Shown piece by piece: positions 27,610 through 39,500 of a stretch of DNA of 64,000 nt. The translations under genes were made by a program, and so were the position numbers. Position 1 is the first letter of the stretch, and every line of letters starts with the position of its first letter. The stretch covers positions 5,148,001 to 5,212,000 of the forward strand of contig CM052818.1 in assembly GCA_028534125.1 (NCBI GenBank), given 5' to 3'. The notes under the pieces were generated by a model, which had not been told where the DNA came from, searched no databases, and saw only the letters and a program-made list of their open reading frames with translations. This DNA is from Lama glama. Taxonomy: Eukaryota.

Positions 27610-30600
27610 AGTGTAGTTAAAAGAACACTTCTGAAAGTTTCCTAAATTATCTCCCTGTAGTATTTCCCCTGTCTTCTCTCATATCCCCACTGTGTCCTAT
27701 ATCTTCTGTTTTTGGCAGTATATGAACTCTATTTCCAAAGCATATTTAGATAAAGGATAATTTTTTTTGTATCATTTTTCATGGACTGCTGATTGGTTGG
27801 CAATATGAGACATCAGCTTTTGCAGAAATCTGAAGTATTTTTCTGATCACTCTTTAGCGGGATGCTCCACAGTGATGTCATTTGAATGCTTGGGGTAGCT
27901 TAAAGAAATGTCTGTGCAGAGATGGGGAATGCACAGGGCCAGTCCTAGATAAAGAGTGAGTGGCCAGCAGATACAATCTGTGACTAAGTAGCAACATTCA
28001 GAAAAAAGTGTGACAACTACTATTGAAAGTTCACAAAGTGACACCAAAAAGATGTTCTAAACATTGTAGTTCAATGACCAATTGAAATTAAACAACAAAG
28101 ATCTTGGTTGCAGATCAGGGAACTGGCTTCAGGTACCCCACGAAAATTTTTCTTAAACACTTTCTGTTGTTATTGCATTGTTTCTATCTAGATTTCTCTA
28201 CTTTGATTGGTTTGAATGTACCACTCATGTTACAATCGGATCTTAGGGTAAAATCTCTCCAAATATACTGTGTATTTAATGTCTGGTTTGGCACCATTAG
28301 CAATCAGTTTAATTCAGCTCAGATTATTGTGGGGTCAGGAAGCTGGTTTTTAATATAGAGTAGGATCACACCCTGATGTGTGTTTTGGGTGAGGTGGGGA
28401 TAGAACACAAGGAGAGCAAAATTCAAGATGGAAAACCATGGATGGTAACAACAGTGGAGCCAATGGTTTCTAGGTGTTAATCATTACTCTTCTGGAATAG
28501 ATAGATGAACCAGGGATGGTTTCATCAGACTTGGTCTTCCACTTGATAGGTATTGCTCATAAATAGTAAATATTCCATCAGCATTCATCTGCTGAAGTGA
28601 AGTCAGGAAAGTCAACTGCAGCTTTGAGCAAGTCCACACTAGATCTGGAGTTTCTCAGCAGTACCTCAGGGAATCAACAGCAAGGAGCAGGATGGATTGG
28701 GAAGGAGAGGAACTCAGAGGAAGTACTCTGTGTCCTCCACCCCTTCTTCAACTAGAGTAACTCCACATAATATAGAATATACCCTTGAATCTAAGGCTTA
28801 ACCATTAAAAGTACTCTAAGGACTTCCACTTTGGACAACTATTTAGGTGGACACTGAAGTAGTGCCACATACTTCACTGATAATAAAAACCATCATTGCT
28901 GATACTGCTTTGAGGCTTAACAGGTCTGTTGTAGAAGAATTGTGTGCTGGATAATAAGAAAGATCAGCACCTCCTGTGGTTTTTGGGGAGATCTGTCCCT
29001 GTGCAACACAAACCTTGTCGGACCCTGCTATCTTCTTTCTGAGCATCTGTGACACAGTCAAGGTTAAAATACAGTGCCAGACCAGGTTGTTAAAGGATGC
29101 AGTTGTCACTGACTACCATGCTTGTTGAGGGTACAGGTGTCGAAAAGCTTGCAATGAAGGCTGACTATAATCCAAGCACGCTGGGTGGTGCTGGGCTGGT
29201 TTCGCATTCCAGGAAGCTCTAACCATTTTGTAACACTGAACTAGGCAGAGGATATCTGGATTCTCTATAGCACAGTGACGTGCTCTGGGATCTTGATTTA
29301 GGACAAAATTAATTTACTCAAACTGTTTACATTTAGAAAGTGCTGGTAATGCTTCTCTGAATGAACTGGTAGTTTAATGCCAGGCAATAAAATTGGTCAA
29401 GATGTCATATAGGAGTATTTTCTCCACTCAAAAATAAAGAAAACTCTCTTCTAGTGCTTCTGGATGAGAATGGGAGAGTGGTATCAAAGGATTATTAGTA
29501 TTAACCTCTGTTATATCAGTTTACACACAAGTAGTAAGTTTGTGGGTCTTGAATCATCTAGGGGACAGCTAGTCCTTGAGTGCTGGAGCATCAACTTAAT
29601 ATGGAACTGTGCTTCCAGGAGGTTAATCAAACTAACTGGGTCAGAGGTTTTTGTAGCCATGTCCCTGCAGCATAAAGTTGTCTTGAGCAGGGTGATTGGT
29701 GCCTTGACAGACTGGTCCAAAAAAAGCTCAAATCATTGTACACCAAGTCCTGGTTTAGATTTCAGATGGCCGATCATTTCATATATTACTACTAAGTGTA
29801 TGGTGAAAAATGTGGAAGCATCTTCTGTATTGCTGAAGGGTAATTTTAGCATTCATACTTTTATTTTCCAAAATGTCTTGCAAAGTCTTTGGATTACCTC
29901 TATGATCAGAAAGAGAGTGAAATCATTAACGAGATAAGCTCTTCTCTTGGCTCAGGTTTTACCCAAAACGGGGCCTCTTCTGGGTGATACAGGAACACAA
30001 GGGACCTCCTTTGGTAAGTTACTCAGTGAGAAGACTGAACGAGAAGCTTTGGACAATTCTCATAGAACTTCTCCAGGTGTTCCAGAAGAGCCGGCAAAGA
30101 CGTGGACCAGCTGTGATGCTGGACTTGCTCTCCTGAGTCAGGGGTTGTACCTATTTGCTCTAGGCCAGATTACTGGCAAAAAGGAGCAATTATTTGTAAA
30201 CAGATCAAAAATCTTCCAGTGAGCTGGCTGGGGTTGGGAAGACTTTGGTAGTAAGAAATGTGATGGCATGCTTAATCAGCACCACATAATTCAATGATAA
30301 CGTCAGGGGTACTATGAATCATCTCTTACCAGTAGTAAACAGTGAGCTGAGAAAACAGAGCTACATAGCAAGTGGGACATTAGTACTGAATCTACTGAAA
30401 TCTAGTGCAAAGAAGGTGTTGTGGTCAACGAGAGGACGTATTTAGATATACGAAGATGGAAGCATGAGTCCTTTACAGAAACCTCTCAGCAAATTCTGGC
30501 ACATTACTTTCTGCTTCTATGGGGTTATCATTTTTCAAGTTCCCACATGCACAGCAACTTCTGTCCCACGGCTCTGCTTTTGTCCCCAAATACTGCTTAG

Positions 30601-30850
30601 CTTCCTACACTTGTAATCACACATGTCTCAGGATCACCAAACTAAAGGACTTTCGATGAGGCCACAACGAACACATCCATGTTTCAGATATGTCCTATCA
30701 TCTACACTTATAAATATTGTTGCATTATTTCTTGTCACTCACAAAGCCCCTTAGGCTCTGACTACATCTTTTCTTCATTTATATCATATTACAAAAGAAC
30801 TGCCTCTTAAATATTATCATAATTATTGACTTCCATAATGGCCACTTTAA
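27610..30850 (-). pseudogene. EBLL: Endogenous bornavirus-like L (RdRp/PRNTase) element, decayed by frameshifts, stops and deletions
   Basis: Collinear minus-strand peptides versus BoDV-1 L (recalled): FCKGLML~YSQGLVM (~30480); IWP..LRRA/HSWS~KWP..IKNA/GRWS (~30170-30100); ARHFGK*KYEC*NY~GRFFSKQTLAIRIY (from 29881); MLPHF/TLSS~VMPYL/TMSS; WCTMI*AFFGPVCQ~WCNGFRPELQAPICRQ (29745, motif A); LSGEN~GQGDN (29425-29417, motif C); REALPALSK~ERALGALYK; SPKTTGG..DLL~GPSIGG..DPL (~28980); PKWKSL~PDWLSL (28834-28817); FSWG~LTWG (28146-28135); PLTLYLG~QPLYLG (27963-27943); GNRVHILPKTED~GTLTHRLPSRGD (27736-27701); GDNLGNFQ~DDYTIHFQ (~27650). Confidence 0.88.
28641..28775 (+). mobile_element. MER112-like hAT-Charlie fragment inside EBLL
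   Basis: gtacctcaggg...cctccaccccttcttcaactagagtaactccac resembles the MER112 core; L-like peptides are present on both sides. Confidence 0.5.
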
Positions 30851-30856
30851 TTGAAA

Positions 30857-31930
30857 TCATTTGGGATTTCCCAATGGTAGTCACTCAAGTGCCATGCAAA
30901 AGAATGACGTATTAGCAGCTTTGGAATGCTACACGTTATTAACAAGGGGGATTCCCCTTTCATCCATCTTCCACCCTAAGGATTGTATCATTTCAACAGG
31001 AACAAATCTGTTTCCTATCAGGACTCCAGCAACTAACACTTGGGCTTACCTACCATACACTGTATTAATATATACCTCTTGCCAGGCTTCTTACTAATTC
31101 AGAGTTTGTATGTGAGTTAGATTATTATTCACAATAAGAAGATGAACTATTCTTAGGATTGGCAATTATTAATGAACTCCAAACTTCTTATCTAATTCCC
31201 TTATTTCACAGATAACCTAATGAATTGGCAAGCATTATTGATGCAGGAAAAATGGATGTGGGGCACGGGGAGGGCCATGTCCCAGGCTTCAGTTGAGCTC
31301 CTAGGACGTTCCCCGCCAAGTGTGGGTCCTTGGTCTCATGCAGGAAAGAATTCAAGAGCGAGCCACAGTTGAGTAAAGGCAAATTTATTTAGAGATACAT
31401 CAAAAGGCAAAAGAAAGGCCACGAGGTGTGGGGGTTGGATGCTCAGATTAAAAGTAGGTACACACTCCATAGACAGAGCGTGGGCTGAATCCAAAGAGGA
31501 AGAGAGAGAGAGAGAGAGGGCAGCAGCCTCAAGGCCTCATGTTGCCAGTTTTTATGGGCTCAGTGGCTTCATATGCTAACAAGTGGAAGAACCAGTCAAA
31601 CTAGCCTGGGGAAGGGAATGGGATTCCCAGGAAGTTGGCCATTTCCCACTCTTTGACCTTTTGTGGCTAGTGTTGGGACTGTCATGGCGCCTGTGGGCAT
31701 GTTATTTACCATGTTAATATATTACAGTGGGCGTATAATGAAGCTCAAGATCTGCTGGAAGTTAAATCTCTCACCATCTTGAGCCTCAAGGCCTACTGGG
31801 GGTTGAATCTTCACTATTTTGATGTTAATTGCTGTATCATTCCTTGAATGGCTGTGCCCTGCTCCCTTCCTGTCTCATTATGATCCTCAGTGTGATCTTA
31901 TAAAAACACCTTTTCTTTGGTATGAAGATT
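30857..31930 (-). pseudogene. EBLM: Endogenous bornavirus-like M (matrix) element, split by a solo LTR
   Basis: A single frame from about 31232 to 30857 reads LPIH*VICEIRELDKKFGVH**LPILRIV...VEMIQSLGWKMDERGIPLVNNV*HSKAANTSFFCMALE*LPLGNPK*. Spacing and motifs follow BoDV-1 M: LMLEI, IPFLSV, LNSL, QSKHAINAAF, PLG. It lies directly upstream of the L remnant. The part beyond the LTR (31882-31930) is uncertain. Confidence 0.72.
31239..31877 (-). mobile_element. ERV1-type solo LTR (639 bp)
   Basis: TG...CA termini, 4-bp TSD TTAT (31235-31238 and 31878-31881), minus-strand AATAAA near 31385, GC-richer than the flanks. Confidence 0.85.
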
Positions 31931-32029
31931 TAGAACCAATCACCTTAAAATACCTTTAACTAGAACTTGACTAACAAGGATCATAAATGAATATTTTTTG
32001 CATTCAATTTAAATGGATAAGCAATATCT

Positions 32030-32145
32030 AATAATTCATTCATTCTCTCAATATATTTATCAAAAAGCTTTTTTATGTGTAAAGTATTGTTCTAGATCCT
32101 AAGATTAGGACTTTTTAAAAATAAAGATATAATTTCAGTACACAT
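32030..32145 (-). mobile_element. L2 LINE 3' fragment inside EBLG
   Basis: attcattcatt...aatatatttat...tatgtg...ttgttctag matches the reverse complement of the L2 3' terminus. Confidence 0.6.
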
Positions 32146-32958
32146 CCTAGTATTTGGTACACATTCATTTATATTCTCTTTTTCGCTAAGTGAAGAAATT
32201 AAGCTGATTTATTTTCACAGAAAATTTCAGCAACAATGTTGAAACAGAAAGTGCTCACTCTGAATTAAAAAAAACAACAGCACAATTCATCAGAATTCCT
32301 GATGACCAAACTGTTCCATCTTGCGTTGTGATTTTATTTTATTTGGCATCACAGGATCTAAAGGTATCTGTGGGTTAACTGTAAGCCTTACAGTAGCTAC
32401 GTAAAGTGAAAGAGATGGCACTGGAGTTGGTAGGTACAGAGTAAGCTACTCATACCATAGTTCCTTTCTTCCGGAGATATAGACATTATAATATCAAAAT
32501 ACACTACTCATTATTCAACTCAGGAATTGTTTCCTTATCAAGTTCTTCAGTGCTAGGATATTGTCACATGCAAAATTCCTACTGCTCAACATATTGCTAA
32601 AATAATCTTTCCTAGAGCTTTGTGAGGTTTTAAACTTCATAAGTGAACAAACTGTCTTGTAGACATTTACTGATACTATGTTGTGTATTGTTTCAATTTC
32701 TACTTAACAGCTGAGTCATTTCTTTAATTTTTGAGTATACATTCAGCCGAATTGACCATTCAATCACAAAGGACTTGCACACAATGTATCTTTATCACCA
32801 CCACTCTCTATCCAATAAATAATTGGCAAAGTCTAATGAAGTTGACCAATGTCTTCAAAATAATACAAATATGTTCCTAAATATTTAAGTCAACAAACTC
32901 ATCTCCTATTCAAAGACCCTAAAGTTTCAGATGTGTTTACCAGACAGAAGATAATATA

Positions 32959-33088
32959 GGGCTGGTGGTGGGTGTAGCTCAGTGGTAGAGTGCATGCTTA
33001 GCATGCATGAGGTCCTGGATTCAATCCCCAGTACCTCCATTAAAAGTAAATAAGTCAATTAAATACAATAAAAAATTGAAAAACACAA
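32959..33088 (+). mobile_element. Camelid tRNA-derived SINE (Vic-1-like) inside EBLG
   Basis: A box (tagctcagtggtagag), B box (gattcaatccc), A-rich tail, flanking ataatat duplication. Confidence 0.85.
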
Positions 33089-33556
33089 TAATATGAAACT
33101 TAGAAGAACTTTAAGTTTTCTAAGATTTGTCAGCATAAGCTCACTTTATGATGCTACTTCAATTTTATTTTCTGAACTTAATAAATACTGGTTTTACCCA
33201 CTTGAGATTGGAACTGTATTCTTTGATCCACTGCAAGTATATTTTTGAAAACAAGAGCAGATAAGAGCTCTTACCAAATAAGAAAGAGACACTTCACACC
33301 TGTAATAGTTTATTGCACTGAAATTCTGTGTTAGTCTCTCATTAGCTCTTGCTATTCCTGTGGATGCTGATCATTCTTATCAAGCAGCATAGATTTATGC
33401 TTAGGTTTTCAGCAGGGTCGACAATGACAAAAGGATTTATTTACCTACAGGTACCATTTGTAGTGGGTTGCACAAAACATTACATTCGTGTTAACTATAT
33501 TTAAGCCCAAGATTTTCACATTTCCTGTAATTCTAATGTTGATTCTAATTTTATCT

Positions 33557-36500
33557 GGGGGAGGGGAAGGAGTGATGGAATGATTTTTTAAAAATAGAAA
33601 ATATGAGTGTTCCTAAGACCTTCTTAGAAGAAATAAGCAGATAGTACACAAGCCCATTGACAATCCTTCTTTGCAAACTGGGTCAGGAAATGTGTGTTCC
33701 ACTTCAAAAAGAAACACTAAATTTGGAGAGAAAGATCATTATGCAAAAATTAACACAAAGCTTTCAAAACGTTTGATTATACGCCAGAGGAGAACAGCAC
33801 TGAAGGGTCAATTGAACAAAAGGGAGTAAGAAAATGCACTTTTTACATCAAATGCCACATTTTAGGCAAAGCTTCCATTTACGTCAAAAGAGTTTGCTTA
33901 GAAAATACAGCGGCATCCTGAACCTAAAGCTTGCTACACATTCTCCAAAACAAACGATAAGATTAACAGGAGTGCAAATAAAGTCATACAGGACCCATGC
34001 ATCCAGCATTACTACCAGGGAATTGACAATATTATGAACTTGCATAGAATAGAGAAAGGGTGTGACCCTTAGAAATGCGGAAGTGAAAAGAAAGAATAAA
34101 GTTAGGAGAAAGATTAAGGGCCCTGATGACAAGACAGAGAATCTTAAGATATAACAATCTTTCCCCTTCTCCCTAACCAACAAAACAATCCCTTTAAAAA
34201 CTGCATTTTTTCCTATTGACAAAAGATGGAGATTTTGAATGAGGACCCCTGTCCACCTACCTAGAAATAGAAGCCGATTTTATACAAAACTACTTTAAGA
34301 AGAAAAATGAAAAATAAGAATTGGAGTATTTCAGAGGATGAAAATTTCACCCTCTAAAATCATGAAGCAAAAGAAACCTACTGTAACACAAGACTCCCAA
34401 TTTGATTAAATAGTCTCAAACTTGCAGTTGGAAATACATGTGCGTGTACATATATTATATACACATATTTCTTGTTGTAATATAAGCTATCACAAATGTA
34501 ATCAGAAATTCAAATACTAAGGACAGAACTGAACAATAATAGGACAATAAATCCAATGAGAATGGATAGAAATCAGAAAGAAATTAAAGAAATAAAATTA
34601 TCTCAGAATCTTAAAAATGAAGAATAAATTACAAGGTAATCAAGGGAGAATAGAGTCAAATAAAAATCCTACAAGAGACATTGAAGAATAGCAGAAAAAC
34701 TATGAAGAGAATGAAAATGACATTAAGAAAGAAATAAAGATGGTCGTAGAAATAGCACTTGAAATAGAAGACATAAAAAAAGAAGAAATAACGTGTATAT
34801 TTGAATCTTGGAGGGAAAAAAAAATGGCACACAACTAATTAAACTATAACCCCCAAATGTTTCCAGAAATAAGAAAACAGACATGTGCATATTAAAAGGA
34901 CCCACCATGCATCTGGGAAACCCTATCTGACGTGGTCAACTTTAAGACATCGTAGTAAAACTGCTAGGATTTAAAAACAGAAAAACAATATACCCCTGGT
35001 GTCTTCAGGACAAAGAAGAAATTATGTAAAAGTTTAAAATGTTAGGCTGGTTTCAGATTTCTCAAGAATAACATATAAATCTTGCAACAATGGAGCAGCA
35101 TTTAAGACACTCAAGTAAAGAAAATTTATGTCAAGGATTTTATATACTGCCAAGCTGTCTTTCAAGCACCAAGTATTATAGAAAAAAAGAAGTTTAAGAC
35201 ATGTAAGAATTCAGGTAATAATTTACCCACAAACTCTTCCTAAAGAATCTGCTAGAATTAGATCTCTATCTGACCAAGAGATGACTGGGAAAACTTAGGT
35301 AAGTGGATTAATAGTCTACAATTATAAATGTAACCATTAAACAAGAGTGGGAACATCAGTGGAATAAAAGCATATAAAAATAAAAATAATACAAATTTAA
35401 AATGTGAAGAAAAGGGAGAAAGAGGAAAGAAGAATAAGATCATTAATTCTACCATATGGAAAATAGGTGGAGTCAAAGGAGATAATTTAAAACCAATCAA
35501 TCATTTAGAAAAAAGGTTAAGAGGGGGGTTCGAGGCACCATGAAAGTTACAAATACAAGGGTAACCACTAGAACAAAAAGAAATAAAAAGGGGAAAAAAA
35601 GAAGAAAAGAAAAACGTCATACCACATAGAGAAAAAACTCATTACATATTACTTAATATGCACAGTAATTATGACACAAAATAGTAGGACAGAGTTTATT
35701 AAAACACAGAAGTCATATAAAGAAAGAGAATGGGGCTGAATTGGCCCATTCAAAGGAAAAGACATTCAACTTGTTTCATAAGGCAAAACCTCACTCTGTG
35801 CTGACATAAACCTAAATAGAAAGATTCAAAAAGGAGGGGAAAAAAAGCAAAAAGTCTAACAGGGAAAGGGAGACCATAAGAAAGCAGGGGTTATAATCCT
35901 GACATCAAATAAAGAGAATTTAGGCCAAAAAGCATTAAGCAAGACATCTTTGTAATCCAAAAAGCTGTAATTCATAATGCAGGTTTAACAGTTATGAGCA
36001 TCTTTGAATCAAAGAAAAATAGAAACATGGATAATAGAATATTTTGACATACCATCTTTTGTGTAAAACAGGTCAACTGGATTAAAAAATAAAGAATATA
36101 ATGTGAGTAAGCAATGTAATCAATAATAAGATTTTATGGATTTGTTATCAAACACTACATTTTGAGAATAGAAAATGTACCCTCTTATCAACTGCACATA
36201 GAACATTCACAAAAATTGATCATGTAATAGCTTACTCAGGAAATCTGACTAAGTTATAGAACATTTAAAATATTAAAGGTAACATCATCTTATTACAATG
36301 GAATAGAACTAAAAGTAAAAAATAATAAAGCCCATTCCAATTGGAAATTTAAAAAAATCTTTATCCTTAGCTTAAAGGGGAAATGCAAACTGAATTAAGA
36401 TACTTCTTAAAATGAATGATAATGAAAATCTATACACTTGACTTTATGTTATTCACTTAAAGTAGCAACCAGAAAACTATTCCGTTTTCAACACCTATAT

Positions 36501-39500
36501 CAATATAAATAAAAGAATAAACTTAAGTGAATTCAATTTCTAATTCAAAAATCTGGAGAATCAAAAAAACAAAGTAAACAAGAAAGAAGCACAGGGAAAG
36601 AATCAATAAAGATACAAACAGCAATTAAAAAACAATAGGTGAATTAAAAAAAATCAAAGTTCTGTTTTGATTTCTTAAAAAAATGAACAAAACACACAAG
36701 GCACTATTTAATCAAGAAATAAGGAGAGAAAGCACATATATACCAAAAGAAAAAAAATGACAAGGAATAAATAACTACTGATTCAGAGGAAATATTAAAA
36801 AATCCTCAGAAATTACTTTGCACACCTCCACGCAAATAAATTTGAACAACTAGATGAAGCATGTATAGTTTTCAAGGAAGACAGAGTTTACCAAAATTAA
36901 CCCATAGAGAGATGACTTTTTTTTAAAGAAGGAAGCTAACAAGGAACTACTCCACAAAAAAGAGTATGCCCAAATATCTTGTATTTTTTTCCAAGGTCTT
37001 ATTGGCTAGCTAGTTCCAATGCTTTATAAAATATTACAGAATATAAAAAGTGAAGAAAGACACTGAAATTCTTTTCATGAAGCTAATATAACTTTGACCC
37101 TTAGATCTGATACAGATAGGGAAAGAAAAAGAAAATTACAAACCAATATCACTTATAAGTATTGATTCAAAAATCCTAATTGTAACATTAGCAAATAGAA
37201 AATTATCCAATAAAATATTAGGGCATAAATGTTATTTATATTAGGAATGCAAGGAAATAGGAAATTTCTTAATATAAATCACCATTTTAGTAAGTCAAAG
37301 GAGAAAAATTATTTGATTGTCTTCATGCATGCTGAAAAAGTCTTTGACAAAATTTAACATTAATTCAATCAAATCCTTGAGAATATAAGAATAGATGATT
37401 ACATGATTTAAAAAAAAAACTTCAATTATAAAGCCAGCATATTACTTAATAGGAAAACTGAAGAATCCATACTAGGACTGGAAATAAGCCAATATGTCCA
37501 CTTTCTCCACTACATTATATATTATCCTGGAAGCCTTAGCCATTGTAGTTAAATAAAAGAAAACAATTAGAGGCATAGAAATTGGTAAAGAAGTGAAATG
37601 GTTTTCACTTGTAGATGAAATGATAGCATGCCCACTGGAATACCCCCTAAATAATTAACTTAACCAATAAAACTAACTTAAACAATCATTCATTACTGCA
37701 GTAGGCTATAAAATCAACAGATAAAAATCAGTCATCTTCATATATACCAAAAGTAACCACTTAGAAGATGCAACAGAAGAGAAGAAATCTATTATATATT
37801 TTGACAACAATGACAACAATAAAAATGCTGAAGTATAAACCTAAAAAGTTAACATGAAAAGCATATTGAAGAAACCTATAAAACACATCTTAAGAAACAA
37901 AAGGTACACTTGGACAACAACATCAGCCAGATATGATTTCTCTCCGATTTATGAATTCAATGTATTTGCAAACCAAAGCTTTATTTCTAGAGCTAGAAAA
38001 CTGGTATGAAAGTTCTCATGAAAAAGCAAACATTCAAGAATAGCAAGGAAAACACTAAAAAGAAGAGGAAGGGGTAGGGGTAGGTGCTGGCCCCGACAAA
38101 CATTAACATTTACTACAAAATCTCTTTAATTAAAGCAATGTGGTACTGGTCCTGAGCGGACAGACAGACCAATAGAAGAGGACAACCAGAAATAGACTCA
38201 GGTTCACATGCAAGTTTCATATACGATAAAATGGAATCTCAAATCAGGGACCAAAGTGGATTTTTTTGATAAAAGATGTGAAACAACTGGACGGACAATT
38301 TGAAAAATAATGAAAAATGAACCCTTTCCTCAACCTATACAAAATAGTAAGCTCCAAATGGACTGGATACTTAAACATAAAAACAAAACTGTACAAACAT
38401 GAGAATAAAAGCAGAGGTAAGTGCCTTTATATAACCTAGGCTGGGGAAAGCTTCAGAACTGTGATTCAAAAAAACCCAGAAGCAATAAAAGATTTACATA
38501 TTTTACTACATAAAAATAATTAAAATATTTCTATGCATTTGTCTAAAGGCAAATGACACACTCGGAAACAATACTCCAGGCTATCCTCTTAGTTAAAGGG
38601 CTAATGTTTTACTCTACAAAGAACATTTTAAGATTGAGGAGGAAAAAAGACTAAAAATTCAAAATGAGCGAAGAATAATTTTTTAAAGTTATTAAAATGC
38701 TCCTCAAATCTATTAAATGATTTTAACTTCATTCATAAAAGAAAAATGCAAACTTAAAACTACAGTGGATACTGTTGAGAGAGGTAAAAATTGAGAAGGC
38801 TGACAATATAGCACCAGGGAGGCTGCTGGAAAACAGGCTTTCTCATTCATCACTGGTGGCAACGCAACATGGGACAGCCTTTTAGAAGGGAAAGCTGACA
38901 GTAGCTAAAAAACTATAAATGCCTTTGGCCCAGAAATCCCACTTCCAGAAATGCAGCCTGATGAGACCCCTCCAGGAAGCATCAATCGTAGTCACTTACT
39001 ACTGGCCATTCTAAATTGCCAAAGCAAAGAAGACTGAGTGAATAAACTATCGTACAGCCACACAGTGGATACAATGCAACTGTAAAAATGGAGGAGAGAG
39101 ATCTCTACAAACTGATAGAGACTTATTTCAAATATATATTATCAAGGGAGAAAAGCAAAGTGCAGTAGAATTCCTATAGCATGCTGTTCTTTATGTAAGA
39201 AAGGAGAAATAAGAAAACATGCTTATTTTTGTTAAAAGAAACATAGGAAAAGATAAGCCAGAAATTTATGGGACTGATTTCTTATGGAGAAAGTTACAGG
39301 GGAGAAAGTGGTTTTCTCTGAGTAGCATTTTTTTGGTATAATTTTGTTTTTTGTCATCAGGTAAATATTCTGTGTATTCAAAAAAACCAGAATGAAACTA
39401 TGAAGAGTAAGGGGCAAACCCCTAAAACTGAATGCAAGGAGAAATAAAAGAATTCAACTAATTTTTTTTTTTTAAAAGAACAGCTACATTTAAGGGGAAA

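Larger units (their letters stand above)
31900..33500 (-). pseudogene. EBLG: Endogenous bornavirus-like G (glycoprotein) element, decayed
   Basis: Collinear with BoDV-1 G (recalled): GTCR*INPFVIVD..LC~GLSC..PGLID..LC (33455-33387); YYRCEV/SFLFGKS~KYHCKTYWGFFGS (33307-33270); basic site KLKK* then EIETIHNIV..VCSLMK..DYFSNML~RLKRRRR..QIEYLVHKL..DCEILQ..QFLRGWL (32730-32585); VYISGRKELW~VDYNGRKYFL (GRK at 32472-32464). A hydrophobic stretch YSFMILVSQVLV near 31990-31955 may be the TM segment. Confidence 0.7.

Noticed and set aside
27761..27768. T8 run as the poly(A) tail of the viral insertion
   Set aside because: L homology (HR-motif region, 27736-27701) continues past it.
28843..29109. Resemblance of this ORF to bornavirus G (TVSQ, LSYYP)
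   Set aside because: The flanking collinear motifs place it in L (PxxxGG..D motif); the G-like match is coincidental.
29464..29937. 157-aa plus-strand ORF
   Set aside because: Antisense to the EBLL RdRp region; no recognisable product.
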